The position numbers and the translations under genes are program-made. Below, one piece after another: positions 39,543 to 47,937 of a stretch of 64,000 nucleotides of DNA. Where the stretch lies: assembly GCA_965197725.1 (NCBI GenBank), contig CBDANQ010000061.1:32001-96000 (forward strand), in the 5' to 3' direction. Each line of letters starts with the position of its first letter. The first letter of the stretch is position 1. The notes beneath the pieces are model-generated. The model worked only from the letters and a program-made list of their open reading frames with translations. It was not told the origin of the DNA and made no database searches. This DNA is from Longimicrobiales bacterium (GTDB lineage Bacteria; Gemmatimonadota; Gemmatimonadetes; Longimicrobiales; Gaopeijiaceae).

Positions 39543-42500
39543 TCAGGCTGCTCCTGCCGCCTCGAGGGCCTCTTCGAGCTTCACCCCGACGATCGTACTG
39601 ACTCCAGCTTCTTCCATCGTCACCCCGTAGATCCAGTCGGCTGCCTCGATCGTGCGAGGGTTGTGGGTGACGACCACGAACTGGCTCTCCGCCTTGAAGT
39701 CCTGGAGGAGCTTGATGAAGCGCCCGATGTTGTTCTCGTCGAGCGGCGCATCGACCTCGTCGAGCACGCAGAACGGGCTCGGCTTCACGAGATAGATGCC
39801 GAAGAGAAGCGAAAGCGCCGTGAGCGCACGCTCCCCGCCAGAGAGCAAGTCGATGCGCTGCGTCCTTTTGCCGCGGGGAGACGCGTGAATCTCGATGGGA
39901 GACTCGAGAGGATCGTCTTCGTCCTGAAACCAGATGTCCGCCTCACCACCCTCGAAGAGCCTCATGAACGTCTTCCTGAAGTTCTCCCGAATGTCCTCGA
40001 AAGTCCCCAGGAAGAGTTCCGTGGCCGTTTTGTTGATCTCCCGGATGGCGGATCGCAGGTCGTTGCGGGCCTTCACGAGATCTTGTCGCTGCTCGGTCAG
40101 GAACTCGAGACGCTGGCTCTCCTCCTCGTGCTCTTCGACCGCAAGCATGTTGACGGGGCCGATCTTATCGAGCGCTAGGACCAGCTCACGAAGCTCGTCC
40201 TGCAGCGCCTCCTGCTCCCCTTCGACCGGTGCAGCCTCCTGCAACAGCGTCTCGAGCGGACGGCCCCACTCGCCTTCCAGACGTTCGCGGATGCGCTCGA
40301 TGCGTCCGCCCAGCTCCTGGCGCTCCAACTCCAGCTGGTGCCGTCGGTCGGACGCCGCCCGCTCGGCGGTCCGAGCTTCACGAACTCGCTTTTCGGCAAC
40401 GGCCAAAGCATCGGCAACCTCCTGGAGCGTCTGACCCTTCTCTCGGACCCTCTCTTCGGACGTGGTTCGCTCACCGAAAAGTCGCTCCGTCGCCTCATCG
40501 CCCTCGGCTCGAATCCGCCGCGCCTCCGCGCCCTCCTCTCGCAGGCTGCTCTCCTCGACATCGAGCGCCATCACGCGTTCGTTGGCTTGCATGCGTGCCC
40601 CCACGATCGTGTCCACACGCTCACTGAGGCGCATCACGTCACCTTCGAGGCGTGCGACGACTACCGCGAGTCGTGCCTCCTCAGATCGCGCGATCTCGTA
40701 CTCTTCCTGAACGACCGCGACCACTTCACGGGCCTCAGCCCTTTCGCTGTTCAGACCTTGTTCCTGCCGGAAGAGGATCTCGCGGTCGTCTCGCGCCTCA
40801 CGAGCCCGCTCCAAGGCGCGCGCCTGAGCAACCTTCGTGCCCTCCGCCTGTCGGGAAAGCTCGTCACGCAGATGGTCCATCCGGCCCTGCTGATCGGACC
40901 TGGCATCGACCTCGGAATGGACCTTTCGTAGCTCGTCCTCGGCCGCATAAAGCGACGCACGGCTCTGCTCGAGCCCACGTTCGGCTCCCGCGAGCTCCTC
41001 CTGGGCGGTCTCCCGTTGCGTCCGCCGGGCTACCTCCAAAGAAGTAGCCTCCTCGAGCTCGGCGGAGCATTCCCGCAGCTGCTTCTTCCGTTCGAGCATG
41101 CCCGAGGCGCCCCCGGGGTTCGCTACACGAACGATGCCCCGCGCCTCCGTGACCGCGACACCGTCCACCGTCGACGCTTCGGCTCCATCCAGGAGCGCGC
41201 GTACCCACGGCTGTCCGTCGCCGTGTGCCCGAACTTCGCCGAAAGGTCCACCGCAATCTCCGGACGTCGAAGGGACGCTATCGAGTGGCAACAACACGAG
41301 CCCACCACCGCCGGCCCAGCTCTCGGCGAACCACGACGCTATTCGTTCGACGGCCCCGCGGTCGCGTAGCACCAGTGCGCGGGTCAGGGATCCGAGGTGC
41401 GACTCGAGGGCCGCCGTCGCCTCGGCGTCCGCTTCAATGAAGTCGGCCAGGGTGCCCAGGATGCCGGTGTCCCCGAGCGCGAGCGCGGCCTTTGCGACCG
41501 GGTCCAGCCCCTCCTGGTCCCGCTCCAGCCTCTCGATCGCGTCCTTCCGGGCCTCGCCACCCGCCACGCGGGCGACGGCTTCCCGCTCGGTGACGAGCGT
41601 GGCGTCCAGTTCTTCACGCGCCGTGATCGACGCGGAAAGGCACGCGTCTACTTCTTCCTGAGCCGCTCGCAGGCCGCCTGACAGCTCGTCCAGACGGTCA
41701 GAGAAGAGGTCCCCCTGGGATTCGATCTCGGACAGGGCGTCCGCCGCTGACTCGAGTTCGGCGTCCACTCGGACGAGCCGGTGCCCGAGCTCGTCCGCCT
41801 GAGCATCGGACGCCTCGGCATCTCCCTCGAGCTGGGCGCCCCGACGTGCGAGATCGCGTTCGCGGGTCTCAACCTCGTCCAGACTCTCGCGTGCCCCCTG
41901 CAGTCGCTCCCGCACTTCCTGGGCTGCGGTCGCCCGCGCTGCCGCCACACCCCGCAGCTCCTCCAGCTCCGCCACTACACGGTCACGGTCCGAGCCGAGA
42001 ACTCGCTCGTCCCGCTCCAGCGTCTCAGCCTGTTGCAGCGCCTGGCCCCGCTCCTCGTCTATCTGCGCCAGGCGACGTTCGGCGTACGCGGCTCGCTCGT
42101 CCGCTACCGCGAGGTCGCGCTCCCACCGCACCAGCTCCTTGCGAACCTCCTCGAGCGCCTTCCCAACTTCCGCGCGTTCCTTTTCCGCTCCGACTTCCTT
42201 CAGTCGCAGCGACTCGTACTGAGCCTCGGCAGCGCCTAGCTCCGCGACCTTCCCTGCCCCGGTCTGGATGTCGCCCGCGAGCTTCTTCTCGACGCCGCTG
42301 AGCCGGAGACGGAGGGTCTCCAGCTGGTGGCGCACAACCGCGACCTCGACATCGAGGCGGCGCTGGCGGTACTCGATACACCGCTGAGCCTTCCCCTTCT
42401 GGCGCGCAAGCGAGCGGACCTTGCTATGCACTTCGGAGATCACGGCCTCGAGACGCTGCAGATCCATCTCCGCGCGCTCGAGTCTGCGGGTCGCTGCCTT

Positions 42501-43022
42501 GCGGCGGTCTTTGTACTTGCCGATCCCGGCGGCTTCCTCGAAGAGCCCGCGACGCTCTTCGGCACGATCGGAGAGGATCGCGTCGATCATACGGTTCTCG
42601 ATGATCGAATAGGCATTCGCACCCAATCCGGTGTCGCGACACAGGTCGAGCACATCACGTAGGCGACACGCAGATCGATTGATGGAGTACTCGCTGCCGC
42701 CATCTCGGAAGATCTGCCGGCCGACCTCTACCTCTTCGAATGGAACGGGCAGTGCTCCGTCCTCGTTGCTGACGGTGAGCGATACCGAACCGCGATTGAC
42801 CGGCCTCCGGCTCACGGTGCCCTGGAAGATCGCCTCCTCCATCTTGGCACCCCGGATCGCGGTGGGCCGCTGCTCGCCGAGCACCCAGCGTATCGCGTCG
42901 CCGATGTTGGACTTGCCACATCCGTTGGGTCCGACCACGGCGGTGATGCCGTCGTGAAACTCGATTGTGGTGGGGTCCGCGAAGGACTTGAACCCGTGAA
43001 CCTTGAGTGAGCGAAGCTTCAT
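39543..43022 (-). CDS. smc: Chromosome segregation protein SMC
   Basis: GFKSFAD, GPNGCGKSN, coiled coils with hinge, LSGGE, VLDEVDAPLD. Confidence 0.96.
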   Translation of the reverse strand: MKLRSLKVHGFKSFADPTTIEFHDGITAVVGPNGCGKSNIGDAIRWVLGEQRPTAIRGAKMEEAIFQGTVSRRPVNRGSVSLTVSNEDGALPVPFEEVEVGRQIFRDGGSEYSINRSACRLRDVLDLCRDTGLGANAYSIIENRMIDAILSDRAEERRGLFEEAAGIGKYKDRRKAATRRLERAEMDLQRLEAVISEVHSKVRSLARQKGKAQRCIEYRQRRLDVEVAVVRHQLETLRLRLSGVEKKLAGDIQTGAGKVAELGAAEAQYESLRLKEVGAEKERAEVGKALEEVRKELVRWERDLAVADERAAYAERRLAQIDEERGQALQQAETLERDERVLGSDRDRVVAELEELRGVAAARATAAQEVRERLQGARESLDEVETRERDLARRGAQLEGDAEASDAQADELGHRLVRVDAELESAADALSEIESQGDLFSDRLDELSGGLRAAQEEVDACLSASITAREELDATLVTEREAVARVAGGEARKDAIERLERDQEGLDPVAKAALALGDTGILGTLADFIEADAEATAALESHLGSLTRALVLRDRGAVERIASWFAESWAGGGGLVLLPLDSVPSTSGDCGGPFGEVRAHGDGQPWVRALLDGAEASTVDGVAVTEARGIVRVANPGGASGMLERKKQLRECSAELEEATSLEVARRTQRETAQEELAGAERGLEQSRASLYAAEDELRKVHSEVDARSDQQGRMDHLRDELSRQAEGTKVAQARALERAREARDDREILFRQEQGLNSERAEAREVVAVVQEEYEIARSEEARLAVVVARLEGDVMRLSERVDTIVGARMQANERVMALDVEESSLREEGAEARRIRAEGDEATERLFGERTTSEERVREKGQTLQEVADALAVAEKRVREARTAERAASDRRHQLELERQELGGRIERIRERLEGEWGRPLETLLQEAAPVEGEQEALQDELRELVLALDKIGPVNMLAVEEHEEESQRLEFLTEQRQDLVKARNDLRSAIREINKTATELFLGTFEDIRENFRKTFMRLFEGGEADIWFQDEDDPLESPIEIHASPRGKRTQRIDLLSGGERALTALSLLFGIYLVKPSPFCVLDEVDAPLDENNIGRFIKLLQDFKAESQFVVVTHNPRTIEAADWIYGVTMEEAGVSTIVGVKLEEALEAAGAA

Positions 43023-43038
43023 GGATTCTGGAGGGTCG

Positions 43039-43932
43039 TCATCGAACGCCCTTCGGTGAGATCCCCGGGATGTCGACCCAGCCGAGCGCAGCCGCCCCCA
43101 CGATCGCGAGCAATATGATGATCAAGACGAGCAATAGGGGGCGCCCCGACCCGCTAGCGGCGCGAGCATCACCGCCCTCCGCGGCCTCGACGATCGATGC
43201 CTCCGCTTCGGGCAGCGCAGAGTCGGCAAGGTGGGCCGGCATACCCTCCTGCTCGGCACTCTGCTCGGAGTCACCCGCCCCCGCATCCACCAGACCCGCG
43301 AGCGGGTCTACGACCCCGGCCAGCTCGTCCGGGGGAGGCATATCGCGTGGGGTGCCCGAGGCCGGACCGGTCACCGCCCGGATCGGCGCCGCCGTGCCAT
43401 CTACCGCCGACCAGGCATCTTCAGTCGACCCCGCGAGCACAACCACGTCGGTCGCCATGTCCAAGATCGCCGACTTGCCATCTGATTCAGCCCCAACGTA
43501 CATGACCAGCGTGACACCGGCCTCCACGAAACCTCGGGACAAGCGTGTCCACCGCTCGCTCGCGAGGACCGCGGCGGGATCGGCGGTCGCCGTGCCCGCG
43601 GTGATAATGAAGAACTCACTCTCGTCGGTCCGCTTGGCAACGCGCCGCACGGACGAGCCGAAGAGCACGGTGTCCGTGACGCCTTCCGTGTTGTCGGTTT
43701 CGAGGCATTCATGAAGCGTCGCGAGCGCGAGCGCGGCATCAGCGAGTACGACCCTCCGACCAGACTTACTCCATGCCCTGACGATGTCGACGGTGGCGTT
43801 GATCGCCCACCCATCCTCCCGTGCGCTCCTGGTCGCGATTACCGCGACGAGCCTTCCCGGACGGTCGGCGTGCTCCGGAAGGAGCGGAGCGGCGCTTGCG
43901 TCGAAAGCGCTCCACTCGGGGAGGTCTGCCAT
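43039..43932 (-). CDS. Hypothetical protein with MinD/ParA/CpsD-like fold lacking Walker A and a C-terminal TM
   Basis: GRRVVLADA, LHE.L..DNTEGVTD; hydrophobic C-terminal helix. Confidence 0.55.
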   Translation of the reverse strand: MADLPEWSAFDASAAPLLPEHADRPGRLVAVIATRSAREDGWAINATVDIVRAWSKSGRRVVLADAALALATLHECLETDNTEGVTDTVLFGSSVRRVAKRTDESEFFIITAGTATADPAAVLASERWTRLSRGFVEAGVTLVMYVGAESDGKSAILDMATDVVVLAGSTEDAWSAVDGTAAPIRAVTGPASGTPRDMPPPDELAGVVDPLAGLVDAGAGDSEQSAEQEGMPAHLADSALPEAEASIVEAAEGGDARAASGSGRPLLLVLIIILLAIVGAAALGWVDIPGISPKGVR

Positions 43933-44104
43933 AGGCGTTGGAGGCTCGTGGTCGCTCCGCGACGGACGCGGAGTGGGCGATTCTTGGATCCATTCAATTT
44001 GCCACGGCATCGCTGCCGCGCCGGCAACAAGTTAGGTTCTCGGTGTCCGCGTAGCAAACTCGTCCATCCCCCAAAAACCCAAGCGTGCCGGGGCTTATTG
44101 AAGG

Positions 44105-44470
44105 TCAAGGCTCGTGGGCAGGCTCCCAACGGGGCGCGTCCCCCCAGAGATTCTCGAGCTGGTAGAAGTCGCGTGATCGCGGGTGGAATACGTGGACGAC
44201 GAAGTCGATGTAGTCCAGCAATACCCAGCGACCTCCGCTCAGCCCCTCGATGTGTGCGGGACGGACCTTCTCCTTCTTGAGTTCATCCACCACGTGTTCC
44301 GCGATTGCTTTGACCTGGACGTCCGAGGTCCCACTCGCAAGTACGAAGTAGTCGGTGGCGGTCGAAATGCCACGCAGATCCAGAATCAGGACGCCGTGTC
44401 CCTTGCTCTCGAGCGCGAGGTCGGCCGCGCGCGAGACTTCGGTCGGGAAGTTCCGTGCATCCGCCCTCAC
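44105..44470 (-). CDS. rsfS: Ribosome silencing factor
   Basis: TDYFVLASG.SD.QVKAIA, WVLLDY.DFVVHVF, FYQLENLW. Confidence 0.94.
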   Translation of the reverse strand: MRADARNFPTEVSRAADLALESKGHGVLILDLRGISTATDYFVLASGTSDVQVKAIAEHVVDELKKEKVRPAHIEGLSGGRWVLLDYIDFVVHVFHPRSRDFYQLENLWGDAPRWEPAHEP

Positions 44471-44475
44471 CGACC

Positions 44476-44931
44476 CTAGCCCTCTTCCCGCTCCACCCGC
44501 ACCTCGATGCTCACCTCGACCTCAGCGTCTAGCCGGATCGTGATGGCTTCGACACCGAGCGCCTTGATCGGCTCATCGAGAAGGACCGCCCTTTTGTCGA
44601 GCTCGAAGTCCAGCTCGCCCTCGTTGGTGCGCTCGACGATGTCCATGGCAGTCACGGAACCGAACAGCTTGCCGTCGTCCCCTGCGCGCTCCACGAACGT
44701 GAGCGATACGCCCTCGAGCTGCGAAGCCCGCCGATGTGCTTCGAGGTAGTCGTGGCGTGACTTCTCTTCAGCGCGCGTCCGCTCCTCCTCCAGGCGTCGA
44801 ATATTCGCATCGCTGGCCGTAAACGCGAGCCCCTGCGGAATGAGGTAGTTGCGGCCATACCCAGGCCGGACCTGCACGACCTCGCCAGCCTCTCCGAGGT
44901 TCTCGACAGCCTTCTTCAGGATCAACTTCAT
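44476..44931 (-). CDS. rplI: 50S ribosomal protein bL9
   Basis: V.NLG..G.VV.V.PGYGRNYLIP, GKLFGSVT. Confidence 0.96.
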   Translation of the reverse strand: MKLILKKAVENLGEAGEVVQVRPGYGRNYLIPQGLAFTASDANIRRLEEERTRAEEKSRHDYLEAHRRASQLEGVSLTFVERAGDDGKLFGSVTAMDIVERTNEGELDFELDKRAVLLDEPIKALGVEAITIRLDAEVEVSIEVRVEREEG

Positions 44932-44949
44932 CGTTCCTCCAAAGCGTCT

Positions 44950-45894
44950 TCAGGCGGCGAGTTCCACCACGCGTCCGCGTAGGTCCAGATAGATGTCACC
45001 CAGTCCGATCACCAGCGCGCCACCAAATACCAGAGTTGGCACGAGCAAGAGCCCGACCACCGTTACGAAAAAAGCGATCAGCGACACACCGCCACGCATG
45101 AACACGACGACGGCGGCGCCCCGCAAAGCGCACAGCGTCCCCATGAAGACTACCGCGTTGGCCCCCACACGCCCGAGCGGCTCGCCCACGCGCGTGACGA
45201 GGAGCAGAAGCCCCCCGACGAAGACCCATACCAGTTGGTCGTTGAATCGAAAATCTTTCAGGGGGCTCAGGCCCTGTTCACCAGTGTCCGTCAGGCGGGC
45301 ATACATCCACCACACGACGCACAGGGCTGCCATGGAGGCCACGCCGGTAACCGCCGGAAACACCTCCAGCTGAGCTTCCGCCATGTCGTACATCGACAGG
45401 ACGAGAGCTGGTGCGAGCGCTTCACCCCCACGCAACATCACGACTTGGTCCAGCATCTGGGCGATCATGAATTGGACCCGATCCCTGATCGCCCAATCCA
45501 GAGCGCTCCACGCTCCTCGGCGGAGCGCGATGAAGCCCGCCGTGACGGTGCCGGCACCGAGGACGGCGATCAAAGCCCGTGTTGACGGATTCGACGCCGG
45601 CCGCGCCAGCGACAGCGCGACGAACCACCCGCCGAGGAGGAGCGCCCAGGCTCTATCGATGAACCACACTCCATCGTGGACCCCCGATACGGTCACCAAC
45701 ATCGCGAGCGAGGCAGCGGCGAACGTCCCGAAGCCCCGCGTGCCGTTCACGCCGATGAGCAGCAAGAAGGGGATCGCAAGCAGCACGCCGGCGTTGGTGA
45801 CCGAGGCGAAGAAGACGACCGCGAGCAGTGCGGCGGCGCCACGCCAGCCGCCACCTTCCCTGGTCGAGCCCTCTAGCGGACTGGGATCCGACAC
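44950..45894 (-). CDS. DUF2232/YybS-like membrane protein
   Basis: Multi-TM protein between rpsR and rplI; LKDFRFNDQLVW, GLGDIYLDLR. Confidence 0.75.
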   Translation of the reverse strand: MSDPSPLEGSTREGGGWRGAAALLAVVFFASVTNAGVLLAIPFLLLIGVNGTRGFGTFAAASLAMLVTVSGVHDGVWFIDRAWALLLGGWFVALSLARPASNPSTRALIAVLGAGTVTAGFIALRRGAWSALDWAIRDRVQFMIAQMLDQVVMLRGGEALAPALVLSMYDMAEAQLEVFPAVTGVASMAALCVVWWMYARLTDTGEQGLSPLKDFRFNDQLVWVFVGGLLLLVTRVGEPLGRVGANAVVFMGTLCALRGAAVVVFMRGGVSLIAFFVTVVGLLLVPTLVFGGALVIGLGDIYLDLRGRVVELAA

Positions 45895-45900
45895 GTTCGG

Positions 45901-46560
45901 TCAGCCTTCGGTACGCCGCGTATACGGGACCAACGCGAGATATCGTGCGCGCTTCACAGCGCGGCCAAGCTGACGCTGGAAACCCGCGGAGACCTTCGTA
46001 GTACGCTTCGGCAGAATCTTGCCCTGCTCGGTCATGAAATGTGATAGCGTGCCAACGTCCTTGTAATCGAGGACCAGGATGGGTGGACCCTCCATCCGGC
46101 GACGACGCCCGCGCGGGCCCGAGAAGTCCTGGGGCCCTGCACGGTTGTGAGCCTCCTCTTCGACCGCTTCCTCTTCCGGCTCGTCTTCCTCCTGCTCGTC
46201 CTCGTCGCTTTCGTCCCCCTCTTCGAAGGCACGAGGCCGGGCCTCGCCCAGAACCGAGGCGCCGCTGGTGAGTTCACCCTCGCTCACCACGAGCAGATAC
46301 CGTATCACGTCGCCGTCGAGCTTGAGCAGGCGCTCGTACTCCGGCAGGGCCTCCGGAGCGGACGTGAAGTGCGCCACGACGTAGTAGCCAGCCGAGAGCT
46401 TGTTGATCGGGTACGCGAGCTGGCGGGTTCCCCAGTGATCGATCGCGGAGACCTCACCGCCCTTGGAAGTCACCAGCTCGTGGAGTTTCTCGAGCTTGGC
46501 CGTGACGGCGTCCTCTAGGAGCGCCGGGTCGAGAATGTACACGACCTCGTAAAGCCGCAT
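45901..46560 (-). CDS. rpsF-rpsR: Fused 30S ribosomal proteins bS6-bS18
   Basis: N-terminal [25 protein letters not shown] (S6); acidic linker; C-terminal DYKD...[13 protein letters not shown]...[17 protein letters not shown] (S18); no stop between. Confidence 0.92.
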   Translation of the reverse strand: MRLYEVVYILDPALLEDAVTAKLEKLHELVTSKGGEVSAIDHWGTRQLAYPINKLSAGYYVVAHFTSAPEALPEYERLLKLDGDVIRYLLVVSEGELTSGASVLGEARPRAFEEGDESDEDEQEEDEPEEEAVEEEAHNRAGPQDFSGPRGRRRRMEGPPILVLDYKDVGTLSHFMTEQGKILPKRTTKVSAGFQRQLGRAVKRARYLALVPYTRRTEG

Positions 46561-46714
46561 GATTCGTTCCCTCGGTCCGTGGTTGGAACGGGCCCCGTCA
46601 TGTCGACCATCTCGGCTGCGGCGCCAGTGGTAGGACGGAGCGGGATAACTGTGTGTGCCGCTTCCGGCACGGCGGAAAAGCTAGTGGATCGGGAGTGGAG
46701 GAGGAAGCGCTTAT

Positions 46715-47914
46715 CTAGTTCAGCGCCGTCTGAACGGCCGCGATCAGCCCCGGATATCGTGCGTACGCCCAGCGGGCCTCTTCGACGTCCAAGCGCTCGC
46801 GGTTGGTGTGCGCGAAGCGCTCCTCACCCGGCGCGAAGCCTACCGTCGGAATCCCGTGTACACCGCACGACCAGCCACCGTCGGTGGCGAAAGTCCACGG
46901 GCGCACCTCGGCGGCCTCGTCGGGAGCCCCTAGTCGGCCGACGGCGCGGGCCGCCGCGCCCACGATGGGATGCGACGGGTCCATGAGGAAACCGGGTGAG
47001 AAGAGGTCTCGGTCGGCCACGAAGCCCGTATAGGTGACCTGACGCTCGGTCGCCATGCGCACCTCGTATCCGAGTGCGTCTGGGACCGACGGGATGCGCG
47101 CCTCGACAGCTTCTCGCACGCGACGAACGAGCGACTCGTGGTCGTCGCCGGGAAGGAATCTCCAATCCAGCGCCACGATCGCTTGATCGGGAATCACGTT
47201 TCGAGTCTGCGGCAGCACATTCACCATAGTCGCAATCAAGCTCGCAGTGCCCAACAGCTCGTCCGATTCTTGGCTTGCCGCCAGGTCTCGGACCGCTAGC
47301 AGTACGTCGCCCAGCAGGTCGAGCGCGTTGGCCGCCCTTTCAGGGGCGCTGGCATGGCCGGCCACCCCTGTCAGGACGACCTCGAGCTCTGCTCGACCCC
47401 GGTGGCCGATACAGATGTCTCCATGCGTGCATTCGCCGATGATCACCACACGGGGCTCTACGCCTCCGGATTCCAGCAGGTGCTTCATGCCGAGGCCGCC
47501 GCACTCCTCGTAGACCGTATGCGCGACGATGACGTCGCCTGGTGCTTCGTCCATCATGGACGCGGCCGCGTAGGTCTGAAGCGCAAGCGGGCCCTTGATG
47601 TCCATGGCGCCCCGACCGTGTAGGAAGCCGTCCCGGAGGTCGCCACTGAACGGCGGCACTTCCCACTCCGAGTGATCCCCCTCCGCCACGACGTCGAGGT
47701 GGCAGTTGAGCATCGCCGCCGGGGCGTCACCCCGCCCTCGCGCGACCCCGATCACGTTGCCCGCGTCGTCTACACGCGCGTCCTCGAGTCCGATCGCCTC
47801 CATCTCCTGGAATAAACGCCGAGCGACGTCGTCCTCCTGGCCCGAGAGACCCGGGATAGCAATGAGATCAGCGGCAAACGCCAGCGCGTTCTCGAAATTC
47901 GCTGCCTTGGCCAT
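46715..47914 (-). CDS. M20-family metallopeptidase/amidohydrolase (ArgE/YgeY-like)
   Basis: HLDVV, GRGAMDIKG, YEE, IGE, GHAS.P, F.TDG, AHT. Confidence 0.88.
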   Translation of the reverse strand: MAKAANFENALAFAADLIAIPGLSGQEDDVARRLFQEMEAIGLEDARVDDAGNVIGVARGRGDAPAAMLNCHLDVVAEGDHSEWEVPPFSGDLRDGFLHGRGAMDIKGPLALQTYAAASMMDEAPGDVIVAHTVYEECGGLGMKHLLESGGVEPRVVIIGECTHGDICIGHRGRAELEVVLTGVAGHASAPERAANALDLLGDVLLAVRDLAASQESDELLGTASLIATMVNVLPQTRNVIPDQAIVALDWRFLPGDDHESLVRRVREAVEARIPSVPDALGYEVRMATERQVTYTGFVADRDLFSPGFLMDPSHPIVGAAARAVGRLGAPDEAAEVRPWTFATDGGWSCGVHGIPTVGFAPGEERFAHTNRERLDVEEARWAYARYPGLIAAVQTALN

Positions 47915-47937
47915 CATCTACCCGATCTTTTCTAAGG

